DNA from: Vitrella brassicaformis CCMP3155
Lineage: Eukaryota; Protista; Chromerida
Direction of reading: 5' to 3'
NCBI GenBank assembly: GCA_001179505.1
Contig: CDMY01000708.1
Coordinates: 62,001 to 126,000, forward strand
Length of the DNA stretch: 64,000 nt
Shown here: positions 12,287 through 24,269 of the stretch, in pieces
Numbering within the stretch: the stretch's first letter is position 1
Layout of the letters: each line of letters opens with the position of its first letter
Program-made: the position numbers and the translations under genes
Notes under the pieces: generated by a model
What the model was told of the DNA's origin: nothing
The model's input: the letters and a program-made list of their open reading frames with translations, nothing else
Database searches by the model: none

Positions 12287-13902
12287 GAGGGAGGGAGGGA
12301 GGGAGGGAGGGAGGAAGATGGAGAACGCGTTGCCCCCCATGCATGCGATGCGTCCCTGCCGTCTGGGATGGTTACTTGTATTGTTTCAGTATCTCTAGCC
12401 ACTTTTGCACACCCCTCTGTAACCTCAGCGCCCCGTGGCTCTCGCGGTAGACCTGCTGCAGCGCGTTGAAGAACTCGCCCTCGTACTGAATGCCCTGATG
12501 CATCACAGCACCCAAGGTTGGGTGCACACACACAGTCTCTTGAAGTGGATGCACAGTCGGCGCCTGCCTGCTGTGTGGCTGACCTCTTTGGTGGTTTGGT
12601 TTGTGCCGCCGACGATGGTCCAGAGGAGGATCTTGTCTGCCGCCTCCTCGGGGTGAACAGACGCCGATTGCTGAGTGACACATACATGGACACACACACA
12701 TGATAACATCATGGCACATACATGCCATGGAGAGAGAAACCGCACGTTGGTCATTCCATTCATCCCACTCACCCTTGCGTCTTCTTCTGTCGGTGCGGGC
12801 AGGTTGCCATTCGTCTCGGCCACACGACGCCACGCCTACAAATAAATCCACACACATACACACACACATGCACATGAACGTTCCAATGCATAGACACAAG
12901 GGGCGGCCCGGCTCCACTCACTCACTCACTGACCTCCTTTTCCAGCGCCACAAAGTCCACAATGACGCCCTCCAGCTTGAAGATCGCACCATAGGCCTCG
13001 TCATGCGCATTGTCGCCACCAAACCTTCACAACACGCGGGGGGCGCAGAGAACACATGATGGATGGATGCGGAGCTTCGCTTTCTTTCTGTCCGTCTGCG
13101 TGCGTGCGTGCGTGCATGCATGCGCACCGCTGTCTGAGTCGTTCGACGTGGCTGGGTGCGTAGAGTTTCTGCAGCTCCTCTGGCGCAAACTCGCCGCGGG
13201 GGCTCTCGTACCATGGGTGCGAATGCCACTCTCTGAATCAACCACCAACACACCAGCGCAACACACGTGCATATCTGCCGATCAGTCATCCCCCGCCATC
13301 CACCTGCGTATCATGAATCGTGTGAGCATCTCAGCCCGCCTCCTCTCGCCGCCCAGTGGCCGCAGCAGCAGCCGCCTCCTCGCACCCCAACCCTCCGACG
13401 GCCTCTTCAATCTTCTCCTCTCACCAAGACCCACCAGTGACGGAGAACGCTCGGCTACCTGAGAATGGTCAGGCAACGCCAGGCTGTCAGGAAGGGATAG
13501 CCACCGCCCCCCCTGATCGTCAGCAGCTGCTGGTGGTGGTGGTAGGTGTGACAACTGCGCCCTGCCCGGAAGGGTAGCGGATGAATTGAAAGGTCTGGGT
13601 GGTTCCTGCTGGTAGAGCAGCGTCAGCTTCTGCCGCACATCGTCGAGTGCGTCGGGGCACATCGGCGGCCCTGACAGATCAAGCAGAGGGCGGGCGGGAG
13701 AGGGAGCCGGCGGCGCTGCCACGAACGATAGCAGGGACGATGCACGCGGGTGTCCATCCACCCGATGCTGCTGCCGCGGCTGCTGCTGTTGCCGAGCTGC
13801 TGCGATGGGTGACAGAGGTGAGGAGAGGCCATGAGTGGCCGCCAGAGCTAAGAGCGGTGCCAACGCCATCGCGATGACAAAAATGAGGGCGGACATCCCC
13901 AT
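11535..13902 (-). CDS. Plastid-targeted HAD-superfamily protein of the chloroplast ARPP phosphatase/CbbY-like group; motif I degenerate
   Basis: Signal peptide MGMSALIFVIAMALAPLLALA plus transit-like region. Exons read DEAYGAIFKLEGVIVD, WLEILKQYKVPCGVFS, RSPDRCAVFVDSP, AAHDVQMKAIAAV, LADLQIQNMEDLSIMSLRRVFS, matching the plant DEAYG..IF HAD-like subfamily from memory. Confidence 0.8.
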
Positions 13903-13920
13903 CTTCCTTTCCCTTCGCTA

Positions 13921-13939
13921 AGCTCGCAATTTGCGAGCT
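13921..13939. promoter_or_regulatory. Palindromic AGCTCGCAA-T-TTGCGAGCT element in the HAD / CM-PDT divergent promoter
   Basis: Perfect 9-bp inverted repeat. The same 10-mer recurs at 18980, 19002 (reverse), 26203 and 54891. Confidence 0.5.
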
Positions 13940-14038
13940 TTTTGTATGAAAACAGCCGTCTTCCTCTGGCTGTGTGTCAGATCTGTGAGCCCTCTCTGTT
14001 GCAGCTGCTCTGCATCATCGACTGCATCATCATTTTTG

Positions 14039-14857
14039 ATGAGCGAGCCCTCTCCCGCCGAGCCGTCACCAGCCGCAGCAGAGTCCACTGGTCATCAGCA
14101 TGGCCACCATGCGGGCGGCCACGCGCCCACCATCTACTACCGCACCGAGAACTCATCGGGCCTCGAGCTCAGCCACATCCGGGGAGATCTCATCCGGCAG
14201 GAGGAGACCATTATCTTCGCACTCATCGAACGCGCACAGTTCGCCCACAACCCCTCGGTGTACGAGCCCGGCCGCCTGACCGACAAGTTCCCGCAGAGCT
14301 TTCTGGACTTCTTCCTCATGGAGACCGAGAAGCTGCACGCGCGGCTGCGGCGGTACAACTGCCCCGACGAGAACGCCTTCTTTCCCGAGGCACTCCCGCC
14401 GCCGTTGCTGCCGGGGCGGCCTTACCGGGAGCTGCTCAAGCCGAACCGGATAAACGTCAACGAGCGGATCAAGCAGTACTACACCACGGTGCTGCTGCCA
14501 AAGATCTGCACTGAGAAGGAAGACGGCGAGGTGCGTGTGTGGGGGGGGGGGGGGGGNNNNNNNNNNNNNNNNNNNNNNNNNNNNNNNNNNNNNNNNNNNN
14601 NNNNNNNNNNNNNNNNNNNNNNNNNNNNNNNNNNNNNNNNNNNNNNNNNNNNNNNNNNNNNNNNNNNNNNNNNNNNNNNNNNNNNNNNNNNNNNNNNNNN
14701 NNNNNNNNNNNNNNNNNNNNNNNNNNNNNNNNNNNNNNNNNNNNNNNNNNNNNNNNNNNNNNNNNNNNNNNNNNNNNNNNNNNNNNNNNNNNNNNNNNNN
14801 NNNNNNNNNNNNNNNNNNNNNNNNNNNNNNNNNNNNNNNNNNNNNNNNNNNNNNNNA

Positions 14858-14888
<31 letters not shown>

Positions 14889-16998
14889 GCATCCATCCAT
14901 CCATCCATCCATCCATCCTCTCTCCCTCTGTGTGTCTGTGTGGGTCAGTATGGTTCGTCTGCCGTGTCGGACATCAGCGCCCTGCAGGCGCTGTCCAAGC
15001 GTATCCACTACGGCAAGTTTGTGGCCGAGGCCAAGTTCCAGTCGGACCCCACCTACCGGCAGCTCATCGAGCAGCGCGACGACAAGGGGCTCATGAAGCT
15101 CCTCACCAACCAGACCGTCGAAGACAAACTGCTCGAACGGGTCAGTCAGCGAGAGAATGGATGGATAGCACGGACGCAGGCAGGCAGGCAGTCAGGCTGG
15201 AGCACAGATTGGATGTGATGATGTTATGGATGTGATGTGTGCAGGTTCGGCTGAAGGCCTCGACGTATGGGCAGGAGGTTGGGAAGACTGCAGCAAACAC
15301 CGATGAGGTTAGTCTGCCTAGCTGGCATGCCATTCGCCAGCTCCCTCCCTGTGCGTGCGAACAGGGGTACTTCAAGGTGGACCCCCAGGTGATAGTGGAG
15401 GTGTATCGCGACTTCGTCATGCCGCTCACCAAGGAGGTGCAGGTACCACCTGCTGCACGCACAGGGGAATAGTGGGAGGGAGAGTGGGAGGGATGCCGGC
15501 CGTCCACCCATGCATCCTGTTTCTCGTCTGCTCACGCCTCCCTACCCTGCAACACACACTTCACAGGTGGCCTATCTGCTCAGCCGGCTCGACAAGCCCA
15601 AAGTCGCATACGTGGTACGCACATATGGATGGGAGGGATGTGGGTGATGAATGACCATGTATCGAATGAATGGCCGTTTGTCGGCCCTTCCACTCCTTCC
15701 CTCAGGGCGGTGCGCATTCGGCGGGTTATTTCGGCGGTGTGCAGCACTTCGGGAGCGATGCGGTCGAGATGGTGCCTGAGCCGTCAGTCGTCAGGGCGGT
15801 GCTCGCCGTACTCGCAAAGGACGTCAACTTTGCTGTAAGACAAGGAGGGAGGGAAGCTGACCGACTCTTGCATCCATCCATCCCTTTGTTGCTGTGTTGT
15901 TCGCACGATCAGGTGGTGCCGATTGAGAATGTGGTCACGGGCATCTGCCAACCGACCGTCTACCAGGTGGATCAGACACACACACACACTCACACACACA
16001 GAGAGAGAGAGAGAGAGGACACACACACAGCCACGCATCCCTCTTGCCCCTCTGTGTCTGTCAGCTGCTCGAGACGGATGTGGTGGTGTGCGGCGAGGTG
16101 TATGTCAACGAGCACTACGTCCTGGCCGTCGCACCCAGAGGCGACAGCGCCAACCCGACGGCAAACACGGCCAACGGCGTGCCACCAGCACAGAGGGAGG
16201 AGGCTGGTCTGGCTGGCCGGTTTGCCACGCCCAAGGGGTCTGCCGTGGTGCTGGACGAGCTGCGGAACGTCTATGTGCACTCTGAGCTGGCGGACGAGTG
16301 CGCCGCCATGCTGGCCAACGAGCTGCCAAACGCCACCATACGCGCGTCCGCCACTGTGGCTGAAGGTGGGTGGGCGGGACGTTGTGTGGCGTTGCGTGCA
16401 CTGTGTTGTGTTGTGTGTGCCTACAGCTGCTCGTCTGGCCCGTGAGGACCCAACAGGCGCTGCAGTGACGCTGGAGGAGGCGGCGAGGCACCACGGGCTG
16501 TCGGTGAGCCAGGGGGACGTAGAGAGGGAGGGAGGGAGGGAGGGAGGCGAAAGACAAAACACAGACAGACAATAGGGGGACTGTGCGTGTGTGGATGTGC
16601 TTATTGTCTTCGTCCAGATAATTCACTCCAAGCTGCTTGATGACTTTCCGAGCGTGTCGCGATACCTGATTCTCGGTAAGCAGGTGGGACACGCGGCAGG
16701 ATTCCTTTCGTGTGTGTCGTGGATGAACGCGTTAATTCCCGATGCAGGCAAGGACTACGGCGTACGGACGGGCCATGACAAGACGCTGCTGCAATTCACC
16801 GTCTCAAACCAATCGGGCGCTCTCGGAGCAGCACTACAGGTCCGCCCATGAGCAACCATTCAACTGTTTGTGTGGTGTAATGTGGTGTGGTGCTCAGGCG
16901 TTCAAGGCCGAGGGCATCAACCTGTCGTCGCTCAACTCTTTCCCATCCAGGTACACACATGCGCATGCATCGCTGGACATGCGCGCCACATCGCGCCA

Positions 16999-17033
<35 letters not shown>

Positions 17034-17216
17034 TGTGCCAATTTGTTTAGGCGTGATGGCCGGCAGTACACCTTTCTGGCCCAGGCGGATGGGCACGCGC
17101 AGGACGGTCCTCTGTCCAAGGCGATCGCCGCACTCAGGGCCCTGACCAGCTCCATGAGGGTACTCGGGTCATTCCCTTCACAGACACCACCCACACACGA
17201 GGCGGCGAACACTTAG
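14039..17216 (+). CDS. Chorismate mutase (eukaryotic ARO7 type) fused to prephenate dehydratase and ACT domains
   Basis: CM: LSHIRGDLIRQEETIIFALIERAQF, RRYNCPDENAFFP, LQALSKRIHYGKFVAEAKF, VMPLTKEVQVAYLLSRLD. PDT: KVAYV, VVPIEN, SRYLILG. ACT: GALGAALQAFKAEGINLSSLNSFPS, VLGSFP. One intron contains an assembly gap. Confidence 0.9.
14557..14856. other. Assembly gap (300 N) in an intron, flanked by poly-G runs
   Basis: Run of N between G tracts. Confidence 1.
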
Positions 17217-17489
17217 ATAGATAGATGGATGGGTAGCGTTCCCCCCTTCTCTCTCTTGTACTTGACATGGCACGTGGCTGGCTGGTTGGTTGATTGGAGA
17301 TAGAGCTTTTGTGTGCATTGGGAGATGCGAGTAGCTCTGTGTGTGTGTGTGTGTAGATCCATCCATCCATCCGTCATGCAGCGAGTCTTTTATCGATGTA
17401 GAGACCGTTCATTCTCTCACTCTCAGTCCATGCGCACACATAATGGACACGACCGTGTACGTTCCGGCCATCGTCAATGGATCAGATGG

Positions 17490-18880
17490 GCTCTTACGAC
17501 TCATACGTTGATGCCACCGACACACCTATGTACACACGATGACATGCATTCTTGCGGCCTATTCCTGGCTCACAGGAGAGCACTACCAACACACGTACGA
17601 AAGAAGGCCAGCTGTTTGCTTCTTTACGATTGTCACCACACGCACAAGAACAGACAGACACCTCAAACAACGACACGCGCTTCACAAACAACAAATGCTC
17701 GGCCGAATGACTCACCGGCACTCGCAAAGATGTGGGAAATGGGGCCATGGGCCACGGCCCGTCGAGCAAAGCATCTAGCTCGGATCCGCAGCTCGATTCA
17801 CGCGATCCACTGCGCGATCCAAGTGAACCCAAATCGCAGTTGAAATGGTCATAGACACATCAATTGCGTCGGCGTCCGGGCAATCAATGACGTCATCAAG
17901 GTCATACACGGTCGTCGATGATCTCATAAGGGCCGTCGCCGTCGCCGAGAGGCCTATCCTCTGGCCACTCGTCGTCGCTGTCGCGGTCGATGTCACCAGG
18001 CTTGATGACATCAAGATCAAGGCCGTTGCCTTTCCTCCGACTAGCCGCTTGCTCAGCCGCTCGCTCAAACTCTCGCATCGCGTCTTTCACGGAATCCATT
18101 GGGTCGGTTGAAATTCCAAGTCGCAGTCGGCGTTTCTCCCCATCTCCGCCGCTGGTATCTTCGTCCGGCTCTCGTCCTGTCCCCCTCAGCTCAGCCAGTC
18201 GCTTCACGCGGTTACCGCCGAAGGGAAAATTATACATTGTTACCCCTGAAGAGTCAAATTGCAGTCTGCGTTTCTCCCAGTCGTCGCCACTGGCACCTGG
18301 GCCGTCGATGATGTCATCGAGGGACTCGTCATCTGGCCATCCGTTGTCTTCCTCAGCCGCTCGCTCAGCCGCTCGCCCAGCCGCCCGCTCAGCCGCTCGC
18401 TTCACGTCATTCAAGGGATTGCCAAATCCAAGTTGCAGTCGGCGTTTCTCCCCATCTCCGCCGCTGGCATCATGTCCATCGGTCCCTCCAAGTTGCAGCC
18501 CGCGAAGGGCGGGCGGGGCCTGACAGAGAACAGCCACGCATCAATCAAAGACACACACACGCGTACATGAGGTCCTCAGCCGCTCACCGAAGACACAGCC
18601 GAGATGGCGAGGGCAAGAGTCAACAGAGCCACCTTCGTCATGATGGTCTGCTGTCTTTTCCGATGCAGGCACTGGGCAGCACTGGGCACTGGTAGTTCGC
18701 AGCAGAGAGGGACTGAGATCTGAGACGAAGGGCGCAGACTGAGGTGAAAGGGCGCAAAGAGAGAATTGGGTGGATAGGTAAGATGAACGAGGGAATGGGT
18801 GGCATAAGCGTAGACAGGGGCGCCTTTGCGGTCTTCTCGCGACACCCGTCTCTCTCCATCCTCTCTCCCCTGCTCTCTGT
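17490..18880 (-). repeat. Arm A of an approximately 1.2-1.4 kb inverted duplication (5' UTR, gene, intron, 3' UTR); partner at 24270-25420
   Basis: The reverse complement shares blocks with 24270-25420, e.g. gcgcccttcgtctcagatctcagtc, ctgcatcggaaaagaca, gtggctgttctctgtcaggccccgcccgcccttcgcgggctgcaacttggaggg, tgtgaagcgcgtgtcgttgtttga. Boundaries approximate. Confidence 0.9.
17902..18641 (-). CDS. Secreted repeat-containing peptide precursor, paralog A (2 exons: 18641-18588 and 18519-17902; 223 aa)
   Basis: Signal peptide MTKVALLTLALAISAVSS, GTGAG..CAG intron, then APPALRGLQ, three EKRRL(Q/R), VKRAAE, VKRLAE and acidic spacers. Confidence 0.85.
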
Positions 18881-19871
18881 GCTCGGTCTCTGTGATCTCA
18901 GTGCAATCGCGTGAAATTCGATGCTTGCCGCTGTCGGCAACGCCCGGCTCGCGAGCTCCTCCTTCGGTTCCAACCGCGTTTTGCGAGCTGTGAAGGTTCT
19001 GAGCTCGCAAAAGCCGATCCGATTCGAAATGCCTGGATCCAACAGCTACGGATCGGGGGGGTAGTAGGTAGCGAATGATTTGCTTGTTGCTGTCAACAGT
19101 TTAGATGCGGATATGTAATCGACTGTCCCAGCGCATGGACACTCGGACAATCTTACCCTTAACCACCAACCAATTGCCACCAACACAGCCACGGATCTGC
19201 CCCTTCATGCAAGCATAGGGCAGGTGAGGTAGGCAGCATCATGCCCTATGCGAGAGGTGGGAGAAGGGTGTCTTCGGTGTGTATGAGGGCGTGCGTGTGT
19301 GTGTGCTCAGGAGAATGGCGCAGAGACTGCCGAAATATGGAGGAGACGATACGTGGATATGTTTGAAAACGACAGAAGAGGGCCCCTCGAGTCACTCTGC
19401 TTCATCAAAGGTGGGTCAGACTGTGTGTGTGCGTGTCAGGACGTGATGTGTTTGCGTAAGGACCTTTCGCGTCTTCCCAACTAGTACTACCAGAGGGCAC
19501 ACACAGCCTGACCAGGCTGCGTGTCCATCCCTTCATCTTCCTTTGTGTGTCTGTCTTTGTGCGATCGATTAGGAATGGATCTCTTCGTCCCACTGTGTTC
19601 GCGCACACCAAGATGAACGGCGAAAAGTGGGACGAAAAGATGGACGGCCAGAGGGAAAGGATTGACGGCTGTATGCGTATGTCGGGTACATTAGGTTTTG
19701 TCTGTGCCTCCTTAAGAAGCTTGTGAGTAGGTGTTTGTGAGGGAACTAAGGGACTGAGCGCATCGATAAATCAGCGATGAATTCATTCATTCATTCGTCT
19801 TTCCGTTCGCACAGTCCATCGCTTATTCATCCACCCACTCGCCGGACACTGTCTGTCTGTCAGCCAGTCAG

Positions 19872-21803
19872 TTACTCTGCATCTCGGCAACAGAGACCCA
19901 AGCCGAGCGCACCTCCGCTGGCAGCACCGTCTGCAGACAGACAACACAGTCCGTGCGGCTACGTGTGTGTGTGTGTCTCCTTTCTGCGCAAGTGAGTGTG
20001 CACCTGGTCCGTCAGCTGCGTTGGTCTGCGGTGACACCTGCGTCCACAGCTCTGTGTCGGGACCAACCTGCAGACATACACGATGCACACGAGACACGGC
20101 GCAAGGAGGGTGTGTTCGTGGTGCGTGGGATGGGTGGATGGATGGACTGACGTATCCGTTGCCTCTCGCAACTTGGTAGCCTGCATTCGGAAACGACAGA
20201 AGCCTTGTGGATGTGTGCGTGTGTGTATCGTGTGGCTGTCCATCCATCACCTCCAGAATGCAGCTCGAGCGAATTGCAGATGTGGTAGCCTGCAGACATC
20301 ACGACACAGCTGCAGGCTACCACATTATTTCCCGCACATAGCTCACCGGCCGGGCACGCAGCGACGGCCTCAGAGAGTGTGCAGTTGAGGCATGCCAGCC
20401 GGATGAACGAGGGCTCAGTGCCGCCGAGCGCCGGCGCCGCCTCAGCCTGGATCTCGTCACGCCCCAAAGGACGGTTGTAAACGCGCAGCTCGTCCAGCAG
20501 AAGGGGAACTATGCATACGCGCACACACACAATGGACACAAAGCAAAACGGCAAACGCAGGAACATCATGCGATGGTGTGGATGAAATCAAGGGCCGCAC
20601 CCACTCACCGTCGCAGAGTGGTTGTGTCAGTGGAGTCGAGCCGACGTACAATGGTAATTCATTGGCGCGAGACACACCTGACAAACAACAACCGACACCC
20701 AACCCTCTCAGTGTGGTGTGTCTCTCATTCTGTGTCTCGCTTTACCAGCCGTCTTGACTTTAGCGTCGAGTATGCCGTTGACATACAGCCGAAGCTTGTC
20801 GCCGTGGCGCACAAGTGCCACGTGTGTCCAGGTGTGATGGTTCAGCCGCGCATTACTAACGAGACTCTCGCCCTCCTCGCCGCTGTTTGCGGTGGTGGTG
20901 ACGCGGGCCCTGAGCCGCTTGTCGGTCTTGTGCAGGGCGATCTCAGGATGGTACTCGAACGAATGCACATCGGGATTGGCGACGCCCTTGTGCAGCAATG
21001 GGCACCTGCATGGATGGCATGATAGATGAAAGGTGAGGGACAGTTGGTGGTGACACCACAACTCACCATCTGAGGCCCTTGGTGTCTGTCGTGTCAGCGT
21101 CGTTGGCCCGCAACAGAAACATCCAGAACGTCACCGAGAAGTCGGCACTCTAAGACCACACAAACAAACAAACAAAGAAATGAAGCAGCAAACAAACAAA
21201 CAGACACGCACATCATCATTGCACATTTCTCACACACATCGAAGTGGGGCGAGTGCGGCACGGTCATCATCTGCTGCTGCAGAGTGACAAACGACACCAA
21301 AACACAGATGATTCTTGGCTGTTGAGTCAGTGTCGACTGTCAACGTTGACTGTCTGGATCTTACCCGAAACAGCGCCGAAGACCCGACGCCACCAAAGGC
21401 CGGCGCTGCAAAGATGCTGCCCGACCCATGATGAGCCAATCCCGACGTGTCGACGGGCTCCGACTCATCGAACGTGAAGTGGGCGATACATCCCTCCTGC
21501 CGTGCGGCGGGAAGGATCACTCGCTTGCCGCTGTGCAAGCAGATGGATCCCTCAATTTCCACGTCACACTGGGGAGCCGTCGACGTGTCGGACACCAGCT
21601 CGCCGCTGGCGAGTGCGCGGATGTCGGGAGTGGCTGCCTTCCCATTGGCAGCGGAGAAACTGCAACACAAACGGCGAAGTTGGCAGAACGCGATGACTCG
21701 GTGCAGGTCTGTGGTCTTACTGGTGCGATACGGCTGCCAGGTGGGAGGAGGATGAGATCGTTGTGAAGATGGATGCCACAAGCAACAGAATGGCTCCCTT
21801 CAT
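19872..21803 (-). CDS. Secreted concanavalin A-like/LamG-domain protein with Cys-rich C-terminus
   Basis: Signal MKGAILLLVASIFTTISS. GCIAHFTFDE, FSVTFWMFL, CPLLHKG, WTHVALVRHGDKLRLYVNGILD, PLYVGSTP, LDELRVYNRPL. C-terminal ACLNCTLSEA..CPAGYHICNSLEL..LGLCCRDAE*. Confidence 0.85.
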
Positions 21804-21953
21804 GGTGAAATTGGATTCAAAAAAGGATCTCGCGCGCGATCGGCGGATTCTGTAAACTCAGTGGACAGAGTCGAAGAACAGCCTCCTGGAGTCACAAACG
21901 CCCAGATCTTCGCTTCCTGGTCTCTGTTTTTCAGTCTTTGGAAACATCGCACC

Positions 21954-24081
21954 ATGAGCGGCCCGCCGTTCATGCCTCCCCCTCCTCCCCCTCCCGTCGC
22001 AACAGGCCCTCTCTCTCCATCCCAACCGTCCGACGCACCACCCAAACCCACCACTGGAGGTGGCTTTCCATCCGGAGGGCGTCTGTCGATCACCAATCCC
22101 GTCATGATGCCGCCGCCGCCGGTGTTTGGCGGTCTGGGACCGTCGATGGGCGGGAGCAGGGGCTCGGTCAACCTCTCTACCAGCAAGGGCCCGCCTGGGA
22201 GCCTCAGGCCGGGGCTGCCTGGTCCAGAGCAGACGTCGCAGGCGTTCGTCATTCCGGGTATACAGGAGAGGGACTATGCCGATGAGGAGATCAAACAGGC
22301 CTTCGACACATTCGACCTCGATAACAACAGGTGGGCGAGAGGGGAGGGACAGAGCGTGACTGAATGAATGAATGGATGGGTGCGTTTGTGGGTGGGGCGT
22401 GTGCGAGGGATGTCGGTCGTTTCGTCATTCAGGTTTGTGGGTGCCGCTGAGATTCGTCACATATTGGATCTGATAGGGGAGAAGGCGAGCGACGAGGAGA
22501 TAGACGAAATGATACGCATGATAGACATCGACGGCGATGGACAGGTGAGGAAGGGCAAAATCAAACACCACACAACCACACATACCAGCGACTTACCCAT
22601 CAGCCGCCTAGAGTGTGCATGAATTTGTTCCACTTCCTCACTCACAGGTGACGTATGACGAGTTTTACAAGTTGGTCAAGTCCCCCCCGGTCCTGTGGGC
22701 GGCCGACCCGAATGCTGTCGGGGCGGCGGGCGTGCCCGTCCCCCCATCCCCTCTGCGAATGCCGGGAGACCTCGGATCATCAGGTAGGTTCTGGTGTGCC
22801 CTTGTGCGCATTCTCGCCCTTCTGCTCTGTGTGTGTGTGGGACGGATGGATGGCTGCACTGATTGATGGACAGGTCGCGTCCCCCCACCCCCACAGGCGC
22901 CTCCCCCGTTGCCGGGCACCCTCCCACCACCTGCAGCAGCAGCAGCACCGGTGCGCATGAAAGGGTTCCTGCACGACGTGTCACATCATGTTCGTGTGTC
23001 GCTTCTATCCATGCACCGTGTACGGGTCAGATGAGTGTCCTTGGCGCAAGTGTGGGCAGCTCTGGCCAGCAGCAGCAGCCCAACACCTTCGCCAGCCTCT
23101 TCAAGTCGTCCAAGAGCGAGAAAGACACCACCGCAAGTACCCCACACACGCACACACACACGCCCTGAGACAGAGCAGAACAATGAGCAATACGTTCTGC
23201 AGAGAGGAAGGAAGACGACGCAGCCATTGGCGGTGGTGGTGGCGGCGGCGGCCTGAAGAAGATCGACCGCGAGGCCATCATGCAGGAGTTCAGCAAGCAG
23301 AAGGCGCTCAAGCCGGCCTACATCAAGAAGGTGTACAAGAAGTTCCAGGAAATGGACGACGACAAGAGCGGACTCATAGACTATGACGAATTCTGCAAAG
23401 TCAGCAGGCCATTCGCCCCCTCCCCCCTCCACCCACCCACCATCAATGCGTGTGTGTAGGTGTTGGACACCGAGCCATCGCCGTTGATGCGTCGGGTGTT
23501 TGACATGTTCGATGCGGATGGGTCGGGCAGCCTCGAGCTGAAGGAGTTCATCGTCGGCCTTTCATCCTTCACCAGTATGTGAAGGACACGCCACACCACG
23601 TTACACCACACCACACCACACCAAACCACACCACACCACACCACACCACACACATCACCACACAGGACTGCATGGGTGTGTTGTTTTGTTTTGTGTATGT
23701 CAGGTGCGTCCAAGACGGACAAGCTCAAGTTCGCCTTCATGATGTTCGACGAGGACTGCAGCGGCTTCATCGACCGAAAGGAGCTCATCAAGATACTCAG
23801 GGCCAACTTCGTCGCATCCAACGCACAGTCGGACGCCGAAATCGAGAAGAAGTAACTCACAAGAAAACACAACGCGACGCACATTTCATGTCTCTCTCTG
23901 GATGGCGTGTGTGGTGTGTTGCGCACACAGGGCCGATCAGATATTCGAGTCGCTGGGCCTGCCGGCACAGACGGGGAAGATATCGATGGAGCATTTCCTG
24001 CAGCTGAGCAAGAAGTCCGCAGGGCTGCTGTTTCCCGCCATCCAGCTGGCCACCAAGATAGACGCCACGCTGGGCCGCTAA
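21954..24081 (+). CDS. Pro-rich EF-hand protein: calmodulin-like EF pair plus a calcineurin-B-like four-EF region
   Basis: [95 protein letters not shown]. Confidence 0.9.
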
Positions 24082-24197
24082 TGGATGGGATGTCGCGGAT
24101 GGATGGATGGATGGATGGGAGCTGATACGACATAGACATCCATGGTCCACGCAGGAACGTAGCGGTCTGGTGACGGGCACGAGTGCAGTGTCACCAG

Positions 24198-24234
24198 AAA
24201 CCCTAAACGCGTCAAACTGATCTGAAACCCTAAA
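24198..24234. promoter_or_regulatory. Two telo-box-like AAACCCTAAA motifs upstream of precursor paralog B
   Basis: aaaccctaaa at 24198-24207 and 24225-24234 (complement of TTTAGGG). Function inferred. Confidence 0.4.
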
Positions 24235-24269
24235 TCCGGAGGGAGAAGCGAAAGTGGAGAGCGGAGGAG

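Noticed and set aside
14153-15218. ORFs spanning N runs (also 53242-54310)
   Set aside because: Artefacts of translating through 300-N gaps.
17990-18480. Repeated 60-170 bp units resembling a CRISPR-like array
   Set aside because: They are in-frame coding repeats of the peptide precursor in a eukaryotic genome, with no constant repeat/spacer periodicity and no cas genes.
19020-19800. Intergenic stretch examined for ncRNA or TE
   Set aside because: No recognisable tRNA, snRNA, terminal repeat or coding signal.
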